DNA from: Batkoa obscura
Lineage: Eukaryota
DNA length: 64,000 nucleotides
Assembly: GCA_030770535.1 (NCBI GenBank)
Contig: JASVEC010000020.1
Span: 806,001 to 870,000 of the forward strand
Direction: 5' to 3'
Under the pieces are notes generated by a model that saw only the letters and a program-made list of their open reading frames with translations, did not search any database and was not told the DNA's origin. Positions 1-13,200 of the stretch are shown here, one piece after another. Every line of letters starts with the position of its first letter. The first letter of the stretch is position 1. A program made the position numbers and the translations under genes.

Positions 1-471
1 CTAAATGCCAAATCTGAATTCTATTAATATATATATCATTACTTTATGAAATCTATTTACCTCCGTTGAAAATGAAGCTAGTAAATAACTTAATGTTATA
101 AGTGCAGCACCTGAAAGTGCACATGCCCTAAAACCAAATATATCGCATAATCTTCCAGTTATGATAGAAGCAAAAGCCATCGTAGTAGGGGCAATGGTCC
201 CAATTAAAGATATTTCCGAATATTTAGCACCTTTGAATACATTGGTATAATAAAATTCAACAAATACCCCAAAACCAGCGGCTACACCAAAAGAACAAGC
301 TTGCATTAGGAAACTTGCAACAACTATTAGCCAACCATAACCTCCATCTGGTAATACTAATTTACCTTCGTCATGGTTGATAATATTACTATTATTATCT
401 AAGTAAATAGTATCTTTATTATTAATTTTTGATGAAAAATCGTCTTCTATGATAATAGATTTTCTTTCCAT
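1..471 (-). CDS. MFS transporter, monocarboxylate porter (Mch/SLC16-like); 5' exon, gene continues beyond window start
   Basis: ORF has the PDGGYGW motif followed by hydrophobic TM helices and GRLCDIFG (MFS motif A). Likely intron donor GTAAAT begins at position 60 on the minus strand. Confidence 0.85.
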   Translation of the reverse strand: MERKSIIIEDDFSSKINNKDTIYLDNNSNIINHDEGKLVLPDGGYGWLIVVASFLMQACSFGVAAGFGVFVEFYYTNVFKGAKYSEISLIGTIAPTTMAFASIITGRLCDIFGFRACALSGAALITLSYLLASFSTEVNRFHKVMIYILIEFRFGI

Positions 472-2599
472 TAAATAAATAAAAATTTAAAATATTTAAA
501 AACAAAATATTTGTCTAAAATTTACTACCTTTATATATCCTTTTCTTATTCTTACTTGTGCTTGAAATAAAATTCTTATTTTTTTTATTGATTAAACCTT
601 TATACATTTATTATTCAATATTTGTAACTTTTAAAAAAATTCGAATAACCCCAAAATCCTCATATAGAATTTTAAATAAAGCAGTTCCTAAGAACAAATT
701 AAGACTGGGTTTAATTGGTGATTTCTAAAATAACAATCAAGTTTTTTTTCAGGGAAATAATTTCGAAAACTCAATAATTTCTTGATTAAACAAAAAATGA
801 CCACACTTAAGTTTATTAGCATCATTTGGTTCAAATAAAAGGAGTTCGCTTTAATTGTTACGTATTTACACATCTCATTTAATTTTCCTATTTTTTTATT
901 TTTGAACCTTGAAATCTAACCAAACATTTGCTTTCTATATTGAATCCCAACATGTAAGCTAATGTTGTTTTTAACAAGTAGGAAATACAAATTGTACTTA
1001 TAACAAAATAAAGTAAAACTGCTTAAATAAACTGATAATAATGGAATTTCAATTAATGATAACCATAGCTTGTTAATAAAAATATTATTTATCATTTCAA
1101 TACAGTATTATCTCTTGTTCTTTATTGTTTAAGCACTATCCTCAATGAAAATTTCATATTAAATGGTTGAATTTTGTATAAATTATATACAACTTAACTT
1201 TTATATATTAAGAATAAATAATAAACCTCGGTTTATCTAATTTTTAAAAAGATTGTACAAAATCTCGATGATATTGTATTTCATTAAAGGGTTTAAAAAT
1301 AATAAAAACAAAAATTGTTTATAGTACAACTTCTAAAACCTTAATAATAATAGCATTAATCCAAAGGACGAAACCCTGGCTTATAGGCAATAAATGCTAC
1401 ATCTTATAAAATCCTTATAATAAATAACAGTTGTACAAGATAAAATTTAAATTTAATATACTAAATTTATTGATTTAGCCTGAGAGTGTAGCTTAAAACT
1501 AGGCTAATTACAAGCTATAAGCAAAATAATATTTAAGATAATTTAATATCAAGTTTAGGTCTTTATTATCCTTTATAAATTGTAATTTATAACCTGGTTA
1601 ATATTCCTATTTTTTGTATCAAAAGTAATCGAAATACCTCAATATATATGTCATTAGAAAAAAGAGTGTTTTATTTTAAAGTTTTGGGCTTTTACTGGAA
1701 AATGTTTTGTAAACTTATTATATATTTAATACTATTGTGGTGATTCCTTATGCAACATTCAGTTTTATTTATAAAAAAAACCCTGAAAAAGTTATTTAAA
1801 GCTTGTAAATAGTTTATTCATGAGCGGAAAATTACAAAAACCTGGATAAAATAAAGAGCGAGGTAAGGAATGTACATTGGGAAAGAATTTATAGGGTAAA
1901 GAAAGGCTTTCTAGTTTGTGTTTCTGCTTTAGATTATGATAGGATGTATTGAGCTTATTTGATTTCAGTCTTGTTAATTTTAGTCATATACAAAATAGCT
2001 CAGCGGGTGTAGAAGGAGAGCTTAATATACTTAAATAGGATCATTTTGATAAAAAGATCATAACAAAGAATATTCACCCTTTCTGGAATGACCTGTAAAA
2101 CTTTGAAACGTAAAATGGATTACATTAGAAATTGGACTTTAATATGAAGCATGCTAGTAATACACGTTTAAAAGCTTGATTGAAGTTAAAAATATAAAAT
2201 TATGATTATACTTTTTTGCCTATTTAATATTTAGTATAAATTTTAAAAACTATTAAAACTGAACAGAAAAACCCTCATGTTATTTTAAAATTAAGCGCAA
2301 AAGCAAAAATTGTAGCACTTGGTGCTTAATTTATGATTTTTGCTAAAAATCAGAATTGGATAAAATTTTGGGTAAAATTTTAAACTAACCCATATTTATT
2401 CAACATAGTTCAATATAAGCTCATCACAATAGTTGTTCCACTAAATATGATGGAAAAGCTATAAATCGAAGCGCTTACCCTTAAATGACAAAAATACTTA
2501 CTTATTTTCGGTTATTTTTTATTAACATTTAAGGATTAAAATATTGGGCCTATCCTCAATAGCTATTGTATATTAAGATTATAGTAATTTTATAAAACC

Positions 2600-3517
2600 T
2601 TAGAATGTTAAATAAACAAATATGCCATTTTAAGGCTTACACGATGAGCCTTTGGGGAAAGTCTGTGTCAAAATCTTACCATTTAAGCAGACGCCTGAGT
2701 TTTTTCCATTAGAAGACAGCTTTCCATGTTCTGTACATGTGTTTTTATTTGAATTAGCTGGCTTAGTTTCTTAGACTGAAGGGGCTATTTCCTCTTTTTC
2801 GGTTTTTTCTCTTCTGGTCTATCTTTTTTAGAGCCCTTTTTCAATGAATTATCGAGTTTCTTTTGATTATTTTCTGTTAGAACACTTTGAGAATCATTTA
2901 GTGCAATAGTTTTAAATAGAGTATATTACATTTCAGATTTTTTATAATCATCCGTAGAATCTTCTAGGAAAACCTCATGACTTTCAAGGTTGGCTAATGC
3001 TAACTCATACCTAGTAATACTCCCCCCTTTTTTACCATTTTTAATGGCAATATCTGCTCAATCCATGTAGTACTCACGTTTCCCAGATCTATTAATCCAA
3101 GCCCATGCAAATACTATAGCTCCAAATGGGACAGTAGCTGGAATAAGTATACCATAGCTTGACCTACTAGTCAAACAACTTTCATAGACGCTCTTCAATA
3201 CTACTCAGTTTTTATGATCGTACGATACAGAAAATTGACAATGACCACCACTATGTGCAGCACTACTGCTGAGCTGCACAGAGGTACTTTCAGCAGCACT
3301 AACGTAATGATATGGCAGACTCTTTTTATACCCACGGCAAGGATAAGGAAACTCAGTACCAATTGGAGTGGTATAGAAATAACCAAATTGTGGTCCAGGA
3401 TAATTTTTTATTATGCTTCGATTTCCTTGGAGGTGGAGTAATCACTCCGATACGAGAAACGACTTGATGTACGACATCAAGGAAAGCTAAAGCGGTAGTT
3501 AACTTGGTTGAAATCAT
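2600..3517 (-). pseudogene. AA11-type lytic polysaccharide monooxygenase pseudogene with Lys/Glu linker and Cys-pattern C-terminal module
   Basis: Manual translation: MISTKLTTALAFLDVVHQVVS-RIGVITPPPRKSK, frameshift, ...YPCRG...SAAHSGGHCQFSVSYDHKN*VVLKSVYESCL...FAWAWINRSGKREYYMD*ADIAI...LALANL. Collinear with the intact LPMO at 7351-8010. Contains stops, a frameshift and His1->Arg. The 3' boundary is approximate. Confidence 0.85.
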
Positions 3518-3801
3518 TTTAGACAACATCGCAAGTTATTGAAGGTTATTTAAATTGGTATGAGATGTTCTCAATTTCATCTACCAAATGTGCTTTTATA
3601 TCTTATAATTCTTTATCGTGTTACTTATGCTTATGAGTCTTAATACATTTAAAATGTCTAATCAAAGTGCTCCAAATGAGCTATGCTTTTTTAAAATTGC
3701 ACTTCTATATGCATCATAAGTGGTTAGTTCCTCTAAATGAAAGTCTTTTAACTTGAAACATTTTGCGTGTAAACCAATACCATTGATTGAATATTACATA
3801 T

Positions 3802-6184
3802 GGGGTTGTCTAAATTAGTTTCATTATTTTATCCAATTTTTGAAAAATTTTGTATTTTAAAAACTTCGCTTAAAATTCTATAAAATCATCTTTTATTAAA
3901 ACAAAAGTACCCAGACACAGTTCTAAATCATTATATTATAGCTCATACTGTAAGTTAATTGAATTTCTATTAGATCTTAAATACATATTCTTGTAAAGAT
4001 TAATTGGGGAATACTTATTATCAACTGCTTTATAACCAACATTGTAGATTTATTATCAAATAAATAAGCTACTTTAATGTTATAATTACATTATTAATAT
4101 ATTGGCAAGTTAATAAATAGCTGCATGGGAGGGAGTGGTTAGCCTCAGAACTATAATTAACTATCTCTATATAGTACAAGTAATAATAGTATTTACATAT
4201 TATTACAGTTACTTGTTCTTTGACTATTTATTAACTTAGCTACTAATAACTTAAGTAATCAATCTTACATTTAACAATCTATTTCTATCATTCAACAAAC
4301 TACTTACTTGTTTAGTAAATATCGAAATTTTTAAATTCTCTGTTATCTTCGTAAGGTAAGCTGGGATCGATCTTTTAATTTTTCTGTTTTCTATAGACTC
4401 TATAACTTTAATTGGGACTATATCGCTTTTTTTTGATGTATCAGATACTGGATAACAATGTAGTTTATTGTTATGTTTAATAAAATGTAAATACTTCTTA
4501 ATGCCCTGCATCTCTATTATTTTTTTTGTATATTTGTTTCTTTTATACTTTTTAAAAATTATATCTGTTTTCCCATTATTAATAGTCGAGTTATTAATTT
4601 TATTATGTTCGCAAATAAAAGCCTCAAATCTTGAAACTAATTGATTAATGTCTTCTATTTTACCTAACGCTTCAAAACTACTTTTCCATTTTGAAAGGTT
4701 CCCAAAATGTCCATCAACTATACTCTTTCCATGATGCTCAGCAAAAAAATTAAGATTAACATTCAAACTACTATTTATTTTATGAATTTCTTTAAACATA
4801 TAGTGTAGAAACTCTTGGGATCTAAAATGATTTCCTGTATCTGCCCATATATTAATTTTTGTAAACTTTTTAAATAGAAGCTCTGTAGAGATCAAATTGA
4901 TTAAACAATCTCCTGCATATGCTGAATCATGATTCAATATTTCAGATAAATAATCAAAGTAAACTTTGGCTATTGTTTTATCATCTTTTAAATATAATAC
5001 ACCAAAATCTAATACTGATATAGCCTGTTTATTATAATGATCTAGATTTATTGAATCTGGTCTTGTTCCTATTTCCATATTTTGTTTAAAATCTAAAATT
5101 ATTATACAACTTTTGTTATTTAATTTTTTAATAGTTTCATTAAATGTGTTTTTTTGACTATCAACACAGAATTTATGTAATTTGTATAGTTTTTCTTCTT
5201 CATTGAAAACTACTTCTTCTATCTTTGCTTTGTTTTTTGCTGTATTTATTTTATTTTCAAATAACTTTTTCCTAACTGTATACTGTATACTGGGCATATA
5301 TATTACATAGATCCGTTTTTCTTGCTGGATTTTTGAAATTACTTGGTATATATTTAAAGAACGTTGGCCTAGCTACTGCTTTATCTCTTAGGTTATTCAA
5401 ATATTTACTATATATCATTCTACTTTTATTTAATGTATATATATTATCTGATGAATATTTACTATCATTATTTTTTTTTATTAAATCTTGATGAAATAGT
5501 TGAATCATCTAGTAAGTATTGTACAATAGTTTCAATTTGGTCATCTTTAATTTTTTTTATATTTTTAATAATAGGTTTTAATGTTGATATTTTATTATTA
5601 TTACTTGTTTTTGAATAATCATACTGATTTCTATTTATATTAAACCCAAAACTCTTGCATTCATCAAAAGAATATACTGAAGCTATAGTTGATAATAACG
5701 CTACTTGTTGATTTTTATTTCCTATTTCCCTCAAAGCACTAATTTTATACATTGCTTGATTAAGTTTATTATTATCGATAATAAACTTTGATAATATATC
5801 TTTTCTTTGTTTTGTTTTGTTATAAAATTCTATAAACCTTAGTTTGTTATAAGTAGTTCTTAAAATTGATGTAAATGAATTACAATGTTTATATTGTGTA
5901 CTCCTCTCCCTATTGTATTAAAATTTTCAAAAATTCCATTTCGAAGTTTAGTTATGAAAGTTTGCATTTTATTTTTATTTCAACAAAAAGTAGTCAAATA
6001 ATCGTATTTATATAATTAGGAAAATTAGCTATTTATTAAGAAAAGGAAACAATTAAAAATAAGTTTTAAATAGAGACATTTAATTTTAGGCTTTTTAGAT
6101 TTAACCGTTATGTTGGACACAAACTTGAAATTTTAAATTTGGATTAATTTCTAAATAGATTCTGAAACCAATTAAGACAGTCCC
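3802..6184 (-). mobile_element. Sola-like DDD DNA transposon, copy A (full length, no MITEs, frameshifted transposase)
   Basis: Imperfect ~22-bp TIRs GGGGTTGTCTAAATTAGTTTCA / GGGACTGTCTTAATTGGTTTCA. ATAT on both sides (3798-3801, 6185-6188). Internal transposase fragments. Confidence 0.9.
4251..5967 (-). pseudogene. Sola-like transposase split by frameshifts (ORF pieces 5468-5752, 5272-5508, 4251-5297)
   Basis: Motifs TDLCNI(C/Y), IILDFKQN, WADTGNHFRS and FFAEHHGKSIVDGHFG give a candidate D-D-D triad typical of Sola-type transposases. Confidence 0.8.
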
Positions 6185-7350
6185 ATATATATTAGTTTTA
6201 TAAGATATTTGTTTTTATAGAGCTTTCAGCAAAAATCAGAAAGTCAAAAGCAATAATAGTCTGGTATGCATTGCCCATTATGATAGGTAAACGAAACGAT
6301 AACTATTCAGGTAATGCTTGGTTATTGATCTATAACATTAATGAACTATATCAAAAAGCTTTAAAATAATCTTATAGACTATTAACTAAAACAATCACAA
6401 ATTGTAGCATACAATGTACTTAACCCAGTTTGTGATAAACCATTAAATATCGTGCTATAAATAATAAGTAGGATACTATCATGGTATTTTATTTAAAGTG
6501 AGATAGATTGTTAATATGTATTGGCAAGGTGAAGTTACAAATATAATATTTGGTGCTGGGGTAAATAGTTTTTTTTGGCTTTTTATATTAAATGATCTTA
6601 TATATATACTGATATCAAATAAGATGGGTATTTGTTTAAATCAATGATTGTTTAAAATCTATATACTCGGTAAAAGATAACTGTGAACTTTATAAACTTG
6701 TACTTTTTTTACATTGTAAAGTAATTAGGTCATATCTTAAATCTCAATAAAAAACAACTTTATATAAAGCAGCTACAAAAGTAATTTAATCAAAACCAAA
6801 CTACGCCTTTTTGAAAAACGTTCAACATCAGTAGGTTAACATTCGTAAGGCGAAAATTCAACAAAATAATTAAGTTTATAATCTATTATTGTTAAGTTTT
6901 TTTGCTTGGGATTGCCAACAGCTGGAGTTTTATACATTTTTCAAAATGGTGTGGTTAAATTGAAAAGCAACATCAAAAAAGCATTATTACCTTTATTATT
7001 TTTATAGTTTAATTAAAATATGCCTTATACTTATTGCCAAGCTTTAAATGCTATTATCATTATATACTATATTCTTTTACTTAAAATTCTTTTTAACTTC
7101 AAATTTAACTTTTCCTCCATTACCATTTTTTTATAAATGAAATTCAATTGAATTCTAGATTTTAATTAAACTAGTTAATTCAAAACTTTATTTTTATTTT
7201 AAAAAAAGTGAGATGCTAAAATCAAGTTAACCCATTCTGTTTCATTGCAAAAGTAGGAAATAGTAAAAATTAACCTTGTTTCATTTTAAAAATAAGTCCA
7301 AAATGGAGATAAATATTGATCTTTAAACTAATACATCTTCTTATTATGCT

Positions 7351-8010
7351 ATGAACTATTTTTTCACTACTGTTATTGTTTTCCTTTCAATACATCTTAC
7401 CTTTATAAATGCTCACATGCAAGTAAAATATCCTAACCCACGTAATTCAAAATTCTCTAAATGGTATCGTGATAAGGGGTTAGTCGATTGGGATCTCAGT
7501 AGTCCAGTTGGTAATTCAAAGGAATGGGAGAGTGGATTCCCATGTAGAAATACAATGCCAGGCCCAGCCACAGCGGAATATTCACCTGGGGATATCATTA
7601 CATTTACATTTGAAAACCAGACGTATCACCATGGTGGTCATTGTCAGTTTTCATTAAGTTATGATGATAAAGTATTTGGTGTACTAAATACTGTACTAAA
7701 TGATTGTTTTATTCATCGTTTAAACTTTGAAGTAATGCTACCAAAGAACATACCCTCTGCGGAAAGAGCTACTTTGGCTTGGACTTGGGTCAATGCGTAC
7801 GGGAATAGGGAGTTCTATATGAATTGTATTGATATCAAGGTATTAGGAGAAAATTTTAACTCTACTTTTGTAGCACCCAAGTTAACAGTAGCTAATCTAC
7901 CAGGATATCCTGTTATTCCAGAGTTTTATTTGGATAGTGACCATAGCGCCTATCTCTATAAAACATCACCAATTGTTAAAATTGAGTCACCATTTAAAAG
8001 GTTTTTGTAA
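7351..8010 (+). CDS. Secreted AA11-type lytic polysaccharide monooxygenase (chitin-active family)
   Basis: Signal peptide ending ...FINA followed by His1 (HMQVKYPNPR). FPCR, HHGGHCQFSLSYD and ATLAWTWVNAYGNREFYMNCIDI motifs. Confidence 0.85.
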   Translation: MNYFFTTVIVFLSIHLTFINAHMQVKYPNPRNSKFSKWYRDKGLVDWDLSSPVGNSKEWESGFPCRNTMPGPATAEYSPGDIITFTFENQTYHHGGHCQFSLSYDDKVFGVLNTVLNDCFIHRLNFEVMLPKNIPSAERATLAWTWVNAYGNREFYMNCIDIKVLGENFNSTFVAPKLTVANLPGYPVIPEFYLDSDHSAYLYKTSPIVKIESPFKRFL

Positions 8011-8220
8011 TTCAAGTTATGTTTAATGATAATAAAAGTAATGTTTTAATGTTTAAATATAGTGTAGTATATCTAAACAAGTCTCTAAAGTTTAGAATAT
8101 GTAAGTATTATAATAAAAGTATTTCTATAACTTATAGCTTATAACTCTCTACAAATACCTCATACTTTAAATAGTAATCCCTTTTTGTATTATTCATTTT
8201 TACGCATAAAACTTCTCTTC

Positions 8221-8280
8221 CTTAATTTTTCATAAAATAGCAACCCTTAATTTTTCATAAAATAGCAACCCTTAATTTTT
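8221..8280. repeat. 25-bp tandem direct repeat (~2.4 copies) upstream of the WD40 gene
   Basis: CTTAATTTTTCATAAAATAGCAACC repeated twice plus a partial third copy. Confidence 0.9.
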
Positions 8281-8371
8281 ACGTTTACTACTAAAACAGA
8301 CAACAAAAAAGAATTAAAAGTTTTTTCTTTTTTTTCGTAATTAAAATAATAAACAATTTAATTGTTAAAAG

Positions 8372-10023
8372 ATGGTATTCGATTATGAAATGTTTCATTG
8401 CACTGGGAATATTACAAGTTTAAAATGGATTCAAGACATGGAAGATTCAAAGATTAATACAAGTTTTGGAAAGCAAGATTATATAGAGGGTAATAGTTCT
8501 AATAGTGACCATGGTATAAGTAATTTTAGTAATGGCATTAATAATGTATATAATGCTAGTAATAGTGTTGCAAATAGAGGTAATCAATATACAAATATCA
8601 AATTTTTAGTTCTAATCTATAAACCAATAAAGAAGAATTACAACCTATTATTAATAGCAAACTAAACGAGCCTCTTTTATTTGATACCGATGAAGAAAAT
8701 GAGAAGTTAGAAACCGAACTTCTTTATAATTATCAGCCATCTAGTTCGTCGTTTCAAAACAGTGGATTAAACCCTTACAGAACCTTCAATCAAGATGCCT
8801 CTTATAAATTTTTATTGACGGAAAAACAATTCGATGAAGTAACTTTAATTATTTTATATAGCTTCACTTACCCGTTTTTATAGTCTAGTGAAATTCAAGT
8901 GTGGTCAACCTTCCTAAAGAGCGGCCCTACTTCAATTAAAACTTTTGAAAGAAATTTAGAATTAGCTATTAAACATCCAAAAAACATCAATGATATTGAA
9001 TTTAAAGATAAATTAGTAGTAGCTTCGGATGATGGTACTATTAGTATATATACCTTTTTCTATTTAGAAGAAGAGAGAGACTGGGGTTATGAATTAACAG
9101 ATGAATATAGAGCTCACAAATCTACATTAGGTGGTACTAGTCGAGTAAAGTTTCCACCAAATAATTACTTGAATCCAGAAGATGCTTTGTTTGGAATCAA
9201 TAGTAATAATACCATAGCTAATGGTATAGATACATTATTATCCACTGGGTTTGATGGTACAGTTACTTTATATGATATTAATAGCCAAAAGAGAATATTT
9301 AATCAAAAGACAAGTGAATATTGTATTAAAGATGTAGCTTGGTTTTCTCCATCAATTGCGACTTTAGCGTGTTCGGATGGAACAGTTCAAATGTTAGACT
9401 TAAGAGTGGATGGTAATGTAAAACAGTCATTTAAGAAAGAACACAATAAATCAGTTGGGGAGTTTAATTGTATTGTACATCATCCAGAAAAAGTAATTTC
9501 TTTTTAGTTATTTTGTTAAATTTTAATTTGATTGTATTAATTTAGTATTGTAATTTTTCAGTTGGTACTAGCTATGGGGATATTTTATTATTTGATTTAA
9601 GAAAATTGGGGCAAAGAGATGTAAATGGAGGTAGTGATTCAAAGATCATACCAAATCGACATTCAAATTCAATTGAATCAATTAAACATCATCCATTAAA
9701 TCCAGATATATTAGTAACAACAACTATTAGTAAAAAATAGTATTAAATTAAACTAGATTATTATTAAATAATGTTTTATCTTAGGTTCTAGTTTAGGGCT
9801 TACTTTATGTTGTGATGAATTATTACATACAATTGAAAGAGAAAAAGAGTTATATTGTTGCAATTATAATCCGACGTTATATAGTAATCATTTAGCTAAA
9901 ACAATAGAACTTGAAAATGGGCTTGTAGATTCCTTTAATTATTTAGATTTACATCCAACCACTGGACTTGCTTTAGTTGGTAGTGAATGTGGCTTAGTAA
10001 TGATAGGAAGTATCGAACTTTAA
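8372..10023 (+). CDS. Multi-exon WD40 repeat protein, Nup43-like nucleoporin
   Basis: ORFs 8372-8665 and 8899-9507 plus downstream exons, separated by GT-AG introns. WD repeats (LVVASDDGTISIY, LSTGFDGTVTLYD, QMLDLR, CIVHHP, LFDLR, HHPLNPDILVT) resemble Nup43 by eye. Stop TAA at 10021-10023. Confidence 0.7.
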
Positions 10024-10211
10024 CTTATTAGATAGATGATATAATTCTATGTTGTGCTATTAAATTTTTTATACAAATAATCAATCATATGTAATTAATT
10101 TTATTAATAATAAAGACAATATAAAAATGTAAATATAAATCGAATTCTTAGTAACAACTTTTACTTATTTTGAATGTGATACTTTAATTTCATACTATTT
10201 AATTGATTTCA

Positions 10212-13200
10212 TTATTTGACTTCTTTCTTCTGTTTTGATGATGAAGAAAAAGTAGGCTTTAAGGGGGATTTTTTATCATCAATAGAATTGCTCTTTCTAG
10301 TATTAAATCCAGCGGTAGGTGAAGGTGTCTTTTTAGGTGAATGAAGTGGTGAAGATTCTCTACTTAATCGCCCACTTTTACCAATAGCTGGGGTAGTTTG
10401 AATGGGCGCTGGTGAAGCAGATACCTTTTTAGTAGCCTTGTTAGTTAATACTGGTGATGCCATAACTTTATTGTTATTTGGGCTTGATGTAGATGGCTTC
10501 CTTTCTTTTTGATTATTTTGAGTAGGTAAAGATTGTTGGCGATTATGCTTTGGAGTATTAGAATTTGTAGTTGGTTTTGTATTCGATGGAGATACTTTCA
10601 CTTTAGCTTGAGTAGTAGCAGGTTGTGCTTTAACGTCATTTGTATTTTTAATATCATTTTTAACTTCAATATCAACATTAAGTTGTTTTTTCTTTTGATT
10701 TTCATCAAATGCTTGTTTTAATTTACTTAAAAGATCTAAAGCAGTAGCTGCTGACCAAGCTTGAGTTGGACAAGAATCTGGACAAAATTTACCATTGGAA
10801 TTAGTAAGTTCTGGTATTCCTGAATAAGGTTCTTTTCTTAATACATCTTTAAATCCAGTTAATTTAGAATGTATAAAAGTGCTTAATTTAATAAGTTCTT
10901 CTTCATTCAAATTATCTAAACTAAACTGTAATTTAGATCCTAAGAAATAACCTAATGGCCACCCCCATTCTGGGCCTTGATGGTAATTGAAGCCTTTAGC
11001 AATACTTGCATCATTAGAATCATTGGAGTTGTCATAATCACCACGGTAAGCTAAATCCTTAGGATCAAGTGTTTTCATACCTAATGGAGCTAATAACACA
11101 TCCTCAGCCATTTTAAGGGCCTGTTGAGCATGCTTTTGATCAAATAATTCAGGTGCTACATACATGGCTACAGGGAAATTAGGACGAAGACGATAATCTG
11201 TGTACTCAATCGAACTATTAAGGGTATCTTTGTAAATACCTCTTCTATTGATTAAACTTGGATTGATATGGTATGCTTCTTGATCTTCATCTTGTAATGG
11301 TACATAATAATACTTTTCAAAATTCTGTAAAACTAATTCATTCCATTGTTTAAATGTAAATGCTTGTTTATCTTCAAGGTTAACTTGCTTATATGGATAC
11401 TCATTACTTTCACTTAAATTAGTAATCCAACGCAAAGCTGATTTAAGTAATCCAGTCAATTCAACTGGAGCACCATCACGTGGAGTAGCTGGAACTCCCA
11501 TGGTCCCTGCCTTAACTGATTCTCCCATCTTATCCATCCATGTTCCACAATTATATTTACTTCCACCAAAAATAAATCCATTTTCTTTATTTAAAACTAC
11601 TTCAACATTGAATCCTTTATCAGACATATGATCATCTAGATTAGGACCAGCATTCCATTCTCTAAATTTGATCCCTTGAGCATGACGTTGGAAGATATCT
11701 TGAATGATATCGTATAATGGTTTAGAGACAGAATAAGAGAGCGGATCATCATAGGCAACAAAGTTATCACCATCAGGGAATCTCATTGGTACTTGTACCT
11801 TTAAGATAGCATTACCTTCTGGTGCCATTATACAGTAGTCTTGTAAAGCTTGAAGGAACCACCAGGTAGCATCTCTAGCATTGTATCTTGGAAAACGCAA
11901 ACTGTCTAACAAATTAGGAACAAGACCATGTTTTACTGAACCAGCAAATGAAAGTAAATGTTGACGCGCGAGTTCAAAGTTACCTGTACAGAGATACAAC
12001 CCTTTTAATGAGATAAAGGTATCTCTACCCCAGCATCGCATATGTCTAACTGCAAAATGAGGTAACCCAGCTGCTAAACAGGGACCAGCTTCTTTTGGAT
12101 GAAGTGATGTTGTTTTTACTTCTCCACTGAGTTGAATAGAACACATAGCTAAGCCTTTGATAAACCAATCACCTTGTTGTACAAACTCTGACATAGTAGA
12201 ATACGCTTTTTTGGTTGCTGCATTATAAGCAGAGAAGATCAACATAGAGAAATACTTTGGAAACAAAAAGGAGGGTACTTTTTCTAATAACTCCCTTTGC
12301 TTAATAAACCATTGATGGGTTTTGTTAAGTGAGGGTTCAATCTCTAGATGTTGTTCGAGTCGATTGATAATATAATCTAAAGCCCATCTACCATCTCTGA
12401 GGTTTTGGCAAATAGGATGGCCAAGGTTATTTGATAACATAACTGGTTTTAAAGCAGAGACGAAGCCTTGTAAACCACAATAAGCTAAGTGCCCAACGTG
12501 CGGGAATTCATAGGAACCAGCAGCATCACCAATCAAATCCTTTTCTTCTGCATCACAACGGTACAATAGAATGTTTAGGCCAAGATGAGTTAAATCTTGT
12601 ACATTCTCTTCAACTTGATCACCGATTTGAGAGGTAATTGATTCATTGAGTTCATTAAGTTTGGTTTTGATTAATAAAGTACTTCCATGTTTAAAATTTT
12701 CATTTAAAACAAGTTCAACATAAGGACCTAAGTCATCTTTACCATGACGTACTTCTGGAAATTCAAGCTCCTTTAAAACAGTATTTAAGCCTGTAATAAA
12801 TTCTTTGTCTTCTGGTTCTTTACTATCATTTACATCCAGTTTATAGGAACTGATAAATTCAATGGAAGTACCCCTAAGTATTACAGGTGATAAATAGCTG
12901 GTTTCTGAAGAATGCTTGTAAGCAGTATGAGCAATAAGTAAATAGCCTTCATGGGATTTGGGATGTTGACGATGTACCATAACATATTGGTTTTCATGAT
13001 GAACATGGATTTCATTGTATCCTTCTTTACATAATTTGTAATGTAAATTAAGCATCTCTTTCTTTGCTTTTCCAATACCAACACTTGTTGCATCAGAAAC
13101 TGTTTGATACAATCTCTTTTCACTTACAAGTTCTAAAAGCTTTGGATAAGCTTCATCATATCCCTTAACACTGCCAACAGCACAATAAGTCATACCAACT

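Noticed and set aside
3201..3441. ORFs 3201-3386 (-) and 3214-3441 (+)
   Set aside because: Off-frame and antisense shadows of the LPMO pseudogene.
4251..5297. Fanzor/TnpB RNA-guided nuclease
   Set aside because: No RuvC I-III arrangement or C-terminal zinc finger. The motifs fit a DDD transposase.
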